Position numbers and translations under genes: made by a program. Positions 42,928 through 51,694 of a DNA stretch of 64,000 nt are shown here, piece after piece; positions within the stretch are counted from its first letter, which is position 1, and every line of letters starts with the position of its first letter. Under the pieces are notes generated by a model. The model worked only from the letters and a program-made list of their open reading frames with translations, was not told the origin of the DNA and made no database searches. The stretch is from Candidatus Wildermuthbacteria bacterium RIFCSPHIGHO2_01_FULL_48_25 (GTDB lineage Bacteria > Patescibacteriota > Minisyncoccia > Minisyncoccales > UBA10102), in NCBI GenBank assembly GCA_001823155.1, contig MHTR01000001.1, positions 43 through 64,042 on the forward strand. The letters are read 5' to 3'.

Positions 42928-45900
42928 TTATCCGCCTCGATATTCTTCTCGTTCTTCTTCATCTTCTTCTCGTTCTTCTCTCCTCCTTCTTTGGCGGGTT
43001 CGCATTATTTCTTGTATGCGGCTCCAGTCATTTTCGAGTTTGTCTTGGTTAACCCCAGGGAGGCCCGCTGCCGCATCCACGCCATCCCTTATATCTTTGA
43101 GCCTCACATCTATTTCATCTTGCAGCCGCTTAAGCATGGCTGGCGTAGCCCCTCTTTGTTTTTCACGTTCCAAGGTGAGTCGCGTCATGGCAACGGCTTG
43201 CAGTATCTTGTATTGATTCTCAAGAAGAGGTCGGCTTGGGCTTGTTCGGGTATCAAGGGGCTGGCTTGCCAAAATATTGGCAACGTTTGCCCGCTGCGTG
43301 ACAGCGTTTGTGGTTTCAAGCCCTTCCACAGGTGAAAGGCCGAGTCCTTGCGCCGCGCTGCTTGCGAGATATCGGGGCATCGCCGCATTCCGAGGCGCCC
43401 TCCAAGCATTTCCCGCTTCATCTTTCCGCTCTGTAAGTTCAAAGTACCAGTCTTCTGGCTTTTTGCCTTTCTCAAGCCTATTGACGAAATCCCTGCCTAT
43501 GGCAGTGGCGGCCTGTGAGGTCTGGCTCCCGCCCCAGAACTTATTGACAGCCTCTATATTTTTTTCCTCTTCATGCCATCCTTTTTGCAGTGCTTTAATT
43601 TCATCGGCAGTTCTCGCTTCCCCAACAACTTTTTCAGTAAGAGAAGCATACCCCCTCTCTTCTCTGTCTCTTCGGTCAAGACCACCTTGAGTCTGGTCAG
43701 CTGCTTTTTCAAAAGACTTTGTGAATTCATCAGTAATTCTTGCGAATTCTTTTATCGCACCCGCGTTATTAACAAATGCCCTTTGGAGACCCTCTACAAG
43801 ATCTGTGTTGCGCGTTTGGCGCGCCTTTTCGTAAATACTCGTAATCTCTTCTTGCTTCAGCACGTTTTGCTTTCCACCGACAAGATCGGGATTGCCAGCA
43901 TCTCGAATCTGATCCTTTTGGCGCATCGCGTCCAAAATCGCGGTTTTTTCCGTGACGCTTCCCGCTTGCCTCAGAGCAGAGAGGTTTCCAGAAACGTCGC
44001 GCTTCATTGCAGCTGTTCTCGTCCTTTCTATATCCGCCTGTTCGCTTCCGCTAACCACGGTTGTAAATCCTTTGCCAGTGGCTCTCTTGCTGTAGCCATA
44101 GGCGCCCGCAGCTCCTCGCAGCACCCATCCTCCCAAGCCCGCCCTGCCCTTGCCCCATTCTGGACTTGCGGAAGCAGATGCCTTTCTGAATGTTTCTCTG
44201 GTGTCATGCGGAACACGATCTCTGGTATACTGCCATGCTCGTTTTCCGGCAAGGGCTCCTGCGGCAGCCCCCCATTTCTTCCCGAAGTTAATGGCCCCCT
44301 GCGCGCCCGCGGGAGCTAGTTGTATGCTAATGCCAATGCCGGCGATGAGGAGGATGAGAGAAGCGAGCGGGGTGATGATTCCGTAAATAACCTCTCCCAA
44401 TGCCCCAGCCCCCTCAAGGCCCCCTTTGGGGAATCCCCCGCCTGTCGTGAGAAAAAGGTTTGATAGGTACAAGAAAAAGGCAATGGGAGCGCCAATAAGA
44501 GACCATTGGATAAGTTGTTTCCACCACTGCTCAAAAAACCCTCGCGTGGCAGGCAGAATGTAAGCGGCGAAAGCGAAAGGAGAAAGCACCGCGAGCAAAG
44601 AAAGGATTGACGCGCGAATCACGAAAATAAGGAGGAGTATAAACAGAACAATCAGCAAAACGGCGTTGTACAGAAGGAGGATGACGCTCTTGGCAACAAT
44701 TCCAACGAGGTTCCCGTATAACTCATCGAAACCCGGGGACGAGACATAACTTAAGAGGTCTCCCCCCAAACTTCCAACTTGCTGGGCCACCGTTCCAAAG
44801 CTCGCTATCCGGGAAAGGAAAATGTTGGTGAGGATATTTCCCATGTCAACAATAAAACCAACGAAGACGCCGCTGAAGTTGATAAGGAGAGCTACGACAA
44901 AGAACGTTGGGAGAAGTTTTTGGAATTGATACCGTTGAAAACGGAGAATGGTGGCGAGCCCGATAATAACAAGGATAAGGACAAACAAACTGTTTACAAT
45001 AGTAAGGGAAATATGGAATCCTTGTTCCACGAAAGGATTTTCAGAGGTAACAGGGATGTTTATTGCCTCTTTCGCGAACCATATGAAAAAGAATTCAACT
45101 GCCGAGGCGAGTACGCTTGCGAGGCTCGCGGTGAGTGTTACCGTAATTACAATGACCGCCGTGGGGATTACAACGGGAAGGTTTTTAACAATATTGACAA
45201 CTGTGCCCAGGCGGCAGAACACGCCCGAAATTCCGGTTTCGCATCCGTCGTCCACCTGCACTGTTTTGCCGGGGTTTGCGCACTCTCCTCCGAAGGTTAC
45301 ACTCGAGGGGACGTCATTCCAGTTGCTGCCTCCCACAAACTCAAAGTCGTCAAGCTTATTAGCGGTATAGGGGCCGTTCCAACAGATTCGACTTCCTTCA
45401 TAATCTTTATGTTCATAAAGGAATACGGTAGCGTTGTCTCCCACCACAAGTGAGGACGCGTTATTGAAAGGAGGCTTCATTTTACTGAGGTCGGTCGTGT
45501 TCGTGTTGAGTCCGAGACTCGTGCCGCCACAATCATCATCTTCGTACAGAGTGACAGAGCCAGATGCAGCGCTTGAAACACAGCCTACCGACGTAACTGC
45601 GGGATTAGTACATGCTCCCGCCGCCCCTACCTTCACGCTTGATGGGTCGTCGCCCCACCCATTGCCCGGAGAAATAGGAAAGGCATCAAGTTTGTTTATT
45701 TGCGCAGGGCCATTCCAGCAGATGTTTTTCTTTCCATAGTTGGCGTCCTCATAGAGAGTTACGGAAACATTCTTTCCAATCACAAGCGCGGACGCGTCAT
45801 TAAGAACAGGAACTGTTTGCGTGAGGTTGGGAGTATCCGAATCTAATACAAGAGGCGTGCCCCCGCAATCGTCATGTTTATATAAAGTAACAATGTAAGG

Positions 45901-46032
45901 GCTTGTGCTCGGAGCGCAAGCCGCGAGCGCGTCGCTTGGCGCCATAACCAATAATCCTACAAGGAGGGTTGCAAAAATGCCAGTTGCGATAGAAAGCCGG
46001 GCAAACATTGGTTTATTATAGTACAAGTTCAT
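42928..46032 (-). CDS. VirB6/TrbL-like polytopic membrane protein with N-terminal beta/gamma-crystallin-like repeats and a long C-terminal soluble domain
   Basis: Four Greek-key-like motifs (VTLYEDANYGKKNICW, VFLYEHKDYEGSRICW and two others), at least 8 TM helices, and an acidic tail EEREEDEEEREE. The start is uncertain (46008, 46032 or TTG at 46074). Confidence 0.6.
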   Translation of the reverse strand: MNLYYNKPMFARLSIATGIFATLLVGLLVMAPSDALAACAPSTSPYIVTLYKHDDCGGTPLVLDSDTPNLTQTVPVLNDASALVIGKNVSVTLYEDANYGKKNICWNGPAQINKLDAFPISPGNGWGDDPSSVKVGAAGACTNPAVTSVGCVSSAASGSVTLYEDDDCGGTSLGLNTNTTDLSKMKPPFNNASSLVVGDNATVFLYEHKDYEGSRICWNGPYTANKLDDFEFVGGSNWNDVPSSVTFGGECANPGKTVQVDDGCETGISGVFCRLGTVVNIVKNLPVVIPTAVIVITVTLTASLASVLASAVEFFFIWFAKEAINIPVTSENPFVEQGFHISLTIVNSLFVLILVIIGLATILRFQRYQFQKLLPTFFVVALLINFSGVFVGFIVDMGNILTNIFLSRIASFGTVAQQVGSLGGDLLSYVSSPGFDELYGNLVGIVAKSVILLLYNAVLLIVLFILLLIFVIRASILSLLAVLSPFAFAAYILPATRGFFEQWWKQLIQWSLIGAPIAFFLYLSNLFLTTGGGFPKGGLEGAGALGEVIYGIITPLASLILLIAGIGISIQLAPAGAQGAINFGKKWGAAAGALAGKRAWQYTRDRVPHDTRETFRKASASASPEWGKGRAGLGGWVLRGAAGAYGYSKRATGKGFTTVVSGSEQADIERTRTAAMKRDVSGNLSALRQAGSVTEKTAILDAMRQKDQIRDAGNPDLVGGKQNVLKQEEITSIYEKARQTRNTDLVEGLQRAFVNNAGAIKEFARITDEFTKSFEKAADQTQGGLDRRDREERGYASLTEKVVGEARTADEIKALQKGWHEEEKNIEAVNKFWGGSQTSQAATAIGRDFVNRLEKGKKPEDWYFELTERKDEAGNAWRAPRNAAMPRYLASSAAQGLGLSPVEGLETTNAVTQRANVANILASQPLDTRTSPSRPLLENQYKILQAVAMTRLTLEREKQRGATPAMLKRLQDEIDVRLKDIRDGVDAAAGLPGVNQDKLENDWSRIQEIMRTRQRRRREEREEDEEEREEYRGG

Positions 46033-48400
46033 ACCATTTACCAAAGATGGTAACTTGAAACCCCACAAATCCAAGCAGGAGGTTCAAGAGTAACCAGGAG
46101 AAGAGGAGAATGAGAAAACCAATCCCTACCGTTTTCCACATAGATTTTGTTCTTGCCGCAACCTCCATGCCTCCAAAAGAGGTATACATGGTAAACCCCG
46201 TGAACGCGGTCATGAGTATCACGAGAACCAGGCTTAACTTCCAGAGCGCAAAATCAATCAAATTGCGCGCCAGCAAAAATAGGTGTTTTAGCTCGCACGG
46301 GTCGCGTTCGTCTAACCCAGTAGTTGCGGGGTTATCATTGTTTGCGTCGCATGGTACGAATCCTCCGACTCCCCCAGTAAACTCTTCAACAGCAAACGCA
46401 AGGGGCTGGGGTGTTTGAGGGCTCGCGGCTTGGCATGCTTTGTCGATACAACCCTGGACATTGAACTCATACTTTCCTAAACATCGAAGCCGCAGGGAGA
46501 CGCTGTTTGTTTCGGTGAAGCCTTCTGAAACAGGGTGCGGAGTCTGGCACGAGGGAGATGTTTCTCGTGGTGTGATCGGGCCGAGGAATGTAAGCTGATA
46601 TCTAAAATAGTTGCTTCCAAAGTCTTTGGTCCAGGCGAATTTTGTGTCCTTCCCAAAAAATTCTGTTTGGGTGCTTACGGGTTCTAATACGGTGGGAGCT
46701 TGGAGAGGAGCGAAAACAAACGATTGAAGCGCAGACCACTCTCCGCACCTAAAGCTTGCTTTATCGGCGCAGGTCTGAACGCTCCAAAAGAACTCGGCGG
46801 CAGGGTCTCCCGTGTTCGGAGCTATGCGCGGGTAATCTATTGCAATCTGTGAATCTTGTATCCTGGGTATTTTGTTAAAATTACCTTCCTTCCCAAAGCG
46901 TAAAACGTACGAAGCAGCCCCTGGAACATCGTTCCAGTCAAACGTAGCGGGAAGGGCGACGCGCGTTCCACCAGGCTCTTGAGGAGTGACCGTGAACTGG
47001 GTAGGAGGCTCGCCCGTTGTTTTGAATTCCCAGATATCGCTTTGCGCTTCACACGAATATATTTGGTTGTTGCCGCACGCAAAAACCTGCCAGGAATATT
47101 TCGTCTCAAACTCAAGGAGGTTCCAAAAGAGAGAAAAAGGAAACTGCAGAGATCCCCCCGTATTCACAAAAGATTTGGTGAAGGGTTCATCGTCCGTCTC
47201 CACATTGAGCAGTAGGTAAAAGAAGGGCGTAAAAGGGTCGCCTTTCCATTCAAGAACATCGTCTATATTCACCACAGGAACCTGTCCTGAGCTAAAAAGA
47301 GGTTTGGAGAGTTGTGGCGGAGAAAGAACTATTCCTCCGGGGATAAAACTCCACAGCTGGCTGAATATGCCGCAAGAACTAAGGTTCGGGGAAGTGCAGG
47401 GTGCTACCCGCCAGAAATATGTAATGTCTTTTTTAAGAAGTTGCGCATCTAGGTCTTCGTAGGAAGTCGTAGAAGACGGTACAATATCTTCCCATAGAAG
47501 GTTTTGTTGAGTTACCTCTTCTTTGTATATTTGGTATCGGAATGACTGGGCTTTTGTGTCTGGGCACCAGGCGAGCGTTGCGGGAAGATCTGCTGCGGCC
47601 GACTCTTCTTCTTGCCAATCAGAGTCATATGGGTAGAGCGGCTGCGTAGCAGCACTCGTAGAGAAAGACAACGTGCCCGCGGCGCCGCATGTTCCTCCGC
47701 TGCACGCCCGCACCTCAAGGGCATAGTTGGAATCGGGACGCAGCACGCAGGAGTTTTCCCCAATAAGCGTACTGTGGGTGGAACCGCTTACCTCGTCAGA
47801 TGCCGCGATTGCGGCCCCTTGCCCCACTTTGTATTGAAAAGAAGAAATCTGGCACGCGGCTCCCGTAAAAGAGAGTTGCTGTTCCACGTTATTTTTCCAG
47901 CCGACATTCAAGGGTAGTTTTACCTTTCCGGCTGCGTCAAACACGTTTTTCGGAGAAAGGGTTGTTTCCTCAAGTTTTTGCACCTCAGGTGCTGGGTAGC
48001 ACGCGCCCTGGCATTGGAATTCGTATGAACTACTCCAACCAGAGCTTGAGACGCATTGTTTGAATTGCTGGCCCGCGATGGCTTGGCCCTCAGAATAGAA
48101 CGGGCCTCCCACTACTTTGGTTCTGTCAGTAATACATTCATATATCCCGGGGCATTCTAAGTCTGTTGCCTCCCTTGGTTTATAAAAGTCTTGGCAGTCG
48201 TATGACTCAGTTCGGGTTCGCACACCTGCTCCACATTCGTTGCTTTCGCATTGGTACTGCGTTCCAGAGTCGCACGTATACGCTTGAGAAGGGGGGCATT
48301 CTGGAACGGGCTGGGGAGGAGGACAATCTTCACCTTGCGCGAGCGCAAAACCAAAAACAAGAAAACTTCCCAGGAAAAGAAGAACAAACCCTTTTGCCAT
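46016..48400 (-). CDS. giant secreted Cys-rich protein ending in a T4SS-pilin-like two-TM module
   Basis: Signal peptide MAKGFVLLFLGSFLVFGFALAQG. Repeated W...F/W.V..C modules. The C-terminus VPC...C...LIDFALWKLSLVLVILMTAF...GIGFLILLFSWLLLNLLL resembles the small pilins at 37957 and 55526. Confidence 0.6.
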   Translation of the reverse strand: MAKGFVLLFLGSFLVFGFALAQGEDCPPPQPVPECPPSQAYTCDSGTQYQCESNECGAGVRTRTESYDCQDFYKPREATDLECPGIYECITDRTKVVGGPFYSEGQAIAGQQFKQCVSSSGWSSSYEFQCQGACYPAPEVQKLEETTLSPKNVFDAAGKVKLPLNVGWKNNVEQQLSFTGAACQISSFQYKVGQGAAIAASDEVSGSTHSTLIGENSCVLRPDSNYALEVRACSGGTCGAAGTLSFSTSAATQPLYPYDSDWQEEESAAADLPATLAWCPDTKAQSFRYQIYKEEVTQQNLLWEDIVPSSTTSYEDLDAQLLKKDITYFWRVAPCTSPNLSSCGIFSQLWSFIPGGIVLSPPQLSKPLFSSGQVPVVNIDDVLEWKGDPFTPFFYLLLNVETDDEPFTKSFVNTGGSLQFPFSLFWNLLEFETKYSWQVFACGNNQIYSCEAQSDIWEFKTTGEPPTQFTVTPQEPGGTRVALPATFDWNDVPGAASYVLRFGKEGNFNKIPRIQDSQIAIDYPRIAPNTGDPAAEFFWSVQTCADKASFRCGEWSALQSFVFAPLQAPTVLEPVSTQTEFFGKDTKFAWTKDFGSNYFRYQLTFLGPITPRETSPSCQTPHPVSEGFTETNSVSLRLRCLGKYEFNVQGCIDKACQAASPQTPQPLAFAVEEFTGGVGGFVPCDANNDNPATTGLDERDPCELKHLFLLARNLIDFALWKLSLVLVILMTAFTGFTMYTSFGGMEVAARTKSMWKTVGIGFLILLFSWLLLNLLLGFVGFQVTIFGKWYELVL

Positions 48401-48409
48401 TCCCTCATT

Positions 48410-49267
48410 CTACTTTTTCGCGAAGAGTTTTGCCAGCTTGAGCCAGTCTTCAATACTCAATGTTTCCGCCCTTGCCGTTGAACTGATGTCTAGTTGAGAG
48501 AGCGTTTTTATTATCTCTTCTTTTCCAATCCCTAACCCCTTTGCCAAGTTTCCTGCCAGTTGCTTTCTTGGCTGTTTGAACCCAGCTTTCACCACGTTAA
48601 AAAACACCGTGGAAAAATAACTGCTATCGCCTGTATTTTTCCACGCTTTGCGCGGAGTGAGTCTGATAATCGCGGAGTCAACCTTCGGCTGAGGCCAGAA
48701 TGCATTTTTGGGCACGAAAGATACGATTTCCGCTTTTGCATACGCTTGCATTGCTACGGCAAGCAGTGACATCTGCGGCGGCTTTGCGCATATTCTCTGC
48801 CCCACCTCCTTTTGTACCATGAGCACCATGAGTTTGGGTTGGTGTTCTGTTTCGAGAAACTTTCGTATCACATGGGTGGCTATATAGTAAGGCAGATTCG
48901 CAACGAGTTTGTACTCCTTGGCCCGACCAAGGATTTCTTTCCTTGGTCGGGCCAAGGAGAGAATGTCGCTTTCAATAATTTTTACGTTTGGGTGCTTCTT
49001 TGCCACGGTTTTTTCCAAAATCTCCACCATGGCAGGGTCTTTTTCCACCGCAACCACGTTCTTTGCTCTCTTGGCAAGGGCTTCAGTCAGCACGCCCAGG
49101 CCCGGGCCTATCTCAAGAACCGTGTCCTGCTTCTTGAGGTTGGCTGCCTTTGCGATGAGCTCCAAAAAGGGTTTTGCAACCAAAAAATGCTGGCCCAGGC
49201 CCTTTTTGGGGCGCAATCCAGCTTCTGAAAGCACGCTTTTTATGTCTTTGGCATTGGCAATATCCAT
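48410..49267 (-). CDS. rsmA: 16S rRNA (adenine1518/1519-N6)-dimethyltransferase
   Basis: KKGLGQHFL, SAM motif VLEIGPGLGVLT, and NLPYYI. Confidence 0.9.
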   Translation of the reverse strand: MDIANAKDIKSVLSEAGLRPKKGLGQHFLVAKPFLELIAKAANLKKQDTVLEIGPGLGVLTEALAKRAKNVVAVEKDPAMVEILEKTVAKKHPNVKIIESDILSLARPRKEILGRAKEYKLVANLPYYIATHVIRKFLETEHQPKLMVLMVQKEVGQRICAKPPQMSLLAVAMQAYAKAEIVSFVPKNAFWPQPKVDSAIIRLTPRKAWKNTGDSSYFSTVFFNVVKAGFKQPRKQLAGNLAKGLGIGKEEIIKTLSQLDISSTARAETLSIEDWLKLAKLFAKK

Positions 49268-49308
49268 ACTTGACCGAGAGCCATGAAACTGATATCCTTT
49301 AGGAAGGC

Positions 49309-50340
49309 ATGAAATCGACTCAAAAGGACATATCCTCTGAATCCCGCCTATCGGACGGGCAAGCTGGCCATACCCACCCTGGCCTTTACGTAGCTCTTGG
49401 AGCTATTTTTTTGTTGGTTTTCTTGGGAACAGGGTCTGGAAGAGGGCAGGCAGTGTCTGGTTTGTTCGCCTCTCCCGTGCTCGCGCAAAAGGGTTTCTTG
49501 TCTTCAAAACTTGCTCCAGTTCCCCTTACTCCTGAACTTACCCTGATAGGAAAAACCGGGCTTCGGGCAAACACTCCTCCTTTGGGCGCGAGCCCCAAGG
49601 TGCTGGGAGCCATTTTAGGGGAGATCCCCAATGACACTCGGCCCGAAGTTCTGCTCTATGAAGTGGAAGAGGGTGACACAGTTTCCTCTCTTGCCGAGCG
49701 CTTCGGCATTTCCCAGGATACCATACTTTGGGCAAATGACTTGAGCAAGGGCGCCTCGTTGAAACCAGGAGACCACTTGAGCATTCTTCCGGTTACCGGA
49801 GCTCTGCACTTGGTGCGGCCCAACGATACCCTGAGCGAGATTGCTTCCTGGTACAAGGCAAAGGCAGATGAAGTCGTGGCATTCAACCAATTATCCTCGA
49901 CTTCCGAGATTTTCGCGGGTGACATTCTTGTTATCCCTGGAGGCATAATGCCTTCTCGGCTTCCTTCAGGAAGATTGACTCCGCTTCCCAACTCTTACTT
50001 TATCTGGCCTATTCCTTCTCCTCACCGCATAACCCAAGGATTGCATCCGTTCAACGCCGTTGATATGAGCAACGGAGCGTGCGGAGAAGCCATTTGGGCT
50101 GCTGCTGGAGGCCAGGTTCAGAAAACCGGAAGTACGAGGGTTGGAGGAAAGTATGTTCGCATTCTCCACCCCAACGGCGTGGTGACGTATTACGGCCACC
50201 TTTCAGGGATCTTAGTTGCTCCCGGTTCTCGGGTACTCCAAGGCCAAATGGTTGGCTACATGGGCAGAACCGGCACAAGCGCTACCGGATGCCACCTGCA
50301 CCTTGAGGTGCGTGGCGCCGCCAACCCCTTCGTAAAGTAG
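49309..50340 (+). CDS. LysM-domain M23 family metallopeptidase
   Basis: Two LysM-like segments (YEVEEGDTVSSLAERFG, HLVRPNDTLSEIASWY) and the M23 motifs HPFNAVD ... GCHLHLEV. Confidence 0.85.
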   Translation: MKSTQKDISSESRLSDGQAGHTHPGLYVALGAIFLLVFLGTGSGRGQAVSGLFASPVLAQKGFLSSKLAPVPLTPELTLIGKTGLRANTPPLGASPKVLGAILGEIPNDTRPEVLLYEVEEGDTVSSLAERFGISQDTILWANDLSKGASLKPGDHLSILPVTGALHLVRPNDTLSEIASWYKAKADEVVAFNQLSSTSEIFAGDILVIPGGIMPSRLPSGRLTPLPNSYFIWPIPSPHRITQGLHPFNAVDMSNGACGEAIWAAAGGQVQKTGSTRVGGKYVRILHPNGVVTYYGHLSGILVAPGSRVLQGQMVGYMGRTGTSATGCHLHLEVRGAANPFVK

Positions 50341-50685
50341 TTATTTATTGGTGCACTCCGAACAGAGTTTGGCTTCAGGCAGTGCCTGAAGTCTTTCTTT
50401 TGAGATTTCCTTTTTGCAGTTTTCGCACTTCCCGTAGGTTCCCTGTTCTATCCGTTCCAAGGCGGCGTTCACGTCTTGCAGCTGGAGTTCCAGGGAGTGC
50501 TCAACCGGAAGGGTTTCTGAATACTGTTCCACTTCGCTTGCTGCTTCCTCAAGCCCGCCTTCTTGAACCCTTGGATACCTTGAATCCCAATCGTTCTTGA
50601 GTTTTGGGTCTTTATTCGCGAATTGCGACAGTTCCTGTTCAATCCTCTGTTTCTTTTCTATAAGCAGTTTCTTAAATTCTTCCAT
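50341..50685 (-). CDS. DksA/TraR-family C4 zinc-finger protein
   Basis: CENCKKEISKERLQALPEAKLCSEC. Confidence 0.8.
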   Translation of the reverse strand: MEEFKKLLIEKKQRIEQELSQFANKDPKLKNDWDSRYPRVQEGGLEEAASEVEQYSETLPVEHSLELQLQDVNAALERIEQGTYGKCENCKKEISKERLQALPEAKLCSECTNK

Positions 50686-50689
50686 TGCC

Positions 50690-51694
50690 TTAGTTGTTAG
50701 TTGTAAGTTCGTCTATTACTGCTTTCATACTTTCCAAACCGCTCGTGAGTACCAAGGTATTGCCTACTATGGCGTAGACCAAGCCGAGGTCTTGGGCTGA
50801 GTACGTTTGGTACCGTATCCTCTCCCCTTTATACTGCGTTTCGCGGAAAAACTGAACCGCGAAAGAATCTTTTTGTCCCTGGAAGGAAAAGAACCCTGCG
50901 AAGTCCTGCTCAAGCGTGCTTTCCCAATTCAAGAGGTCCTGGGAAACATTTTCCGTGTTCTTGAGAGGAAGCGCAAAGCCAAGGCGCGTTCTGTTTTGCG
51001 CGTTTTCGTACGCAAAGAGCGTAATGTGTTCTTCGAGACTGTTCTGTATTGTTTCAGGAACAACAACGCCAAGCCCCGCGAGGAATTCTTTTGCGGTCCA
51101 CACGCGGTTTTCTTGGGGGGTTATGAACACAATGCGAGAAAAGCCAAAGTCTCGCTCCTTTTGGAACACGGCAGAAAGAGTTTGGGCAAGATCCCCATTT
51201 CTTTCAAGCTCCACCTGTTCTTCTTTTGCGATAGAGAACGCGGGAGCAGGTATTATCAAGGGTTGGGGTTGCGAAACAGTTTCTTCTTTTGTGGGGGTTT
51301 CGCTCGGAGCTCCCTCGTTCTGCGAGAACAGGAAGAACGCGAGCGCAACGGCGTTTGCTATGAAAAAGAGAATGACCAGCAGAAGCACGGCGCGGATAAG
51401 GAGCTTTCCTCGCCCTGTTTTCTTCGCGGGCATGAGCGGTACGGGTTCAGGCGCGGTTTCTGTCGAAGCCGAGCTTCTTTCTTCGGTTATGGCAGGAGCC
51501 TGAAGCTCGGCTTCCTTAGCGCTCGCCGGCTTCTCCGCAGTAGGCAGGTTTCCTATTCGTGCCCGTTCGCCCATGGCTTCCTGGTTCCGGGTCTGAGCCA
51601 GGTCTTTAGCCAGCGTTCGCACATCTTCTCGTTTGAGCAGCTCAAGCGGTTGCTCCTCTCCGCCAGCTGGCGGATTAGGGTTCTTGGTTTCCAT
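50690..51694 (-). CDS. membrane-anchored hypothetical protein
   Basis: 334 aa. Disordered N-region, single TM LLIRAVLLLVILFFIANAVALAFFLF, extracytoplasmic domain. Confidence 0.5.
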   Translation of the reverse strand: METKNPNPPAGGEEQPLELLKREDVRTLAKDLAQTRNQEAMGERARIGNLPTAEKPASAKEAELQAPAITEERSSASTETAPEPVPLMPAKKTGRGKLLIRAVLLLVILFFIANAVALAFFLFSQNEGAPSETPTKEETVSQPQPLIIPAPAFSIAKEEQVELERNGDLAQTLSAVFQKERDFGFSRIVFITPQENRVWTAKEFLAGLGVVVPETIQNSLEEHITLFAYENAQNRTRLGFALPLKNTENVSQDLLNWESTLEQDFAGFFSFQGQKDSFAVQFFRETQYKGERIRYQTYSAQDLGLVYAIVGNTLVLTSGLESMKAVIDELTTNN

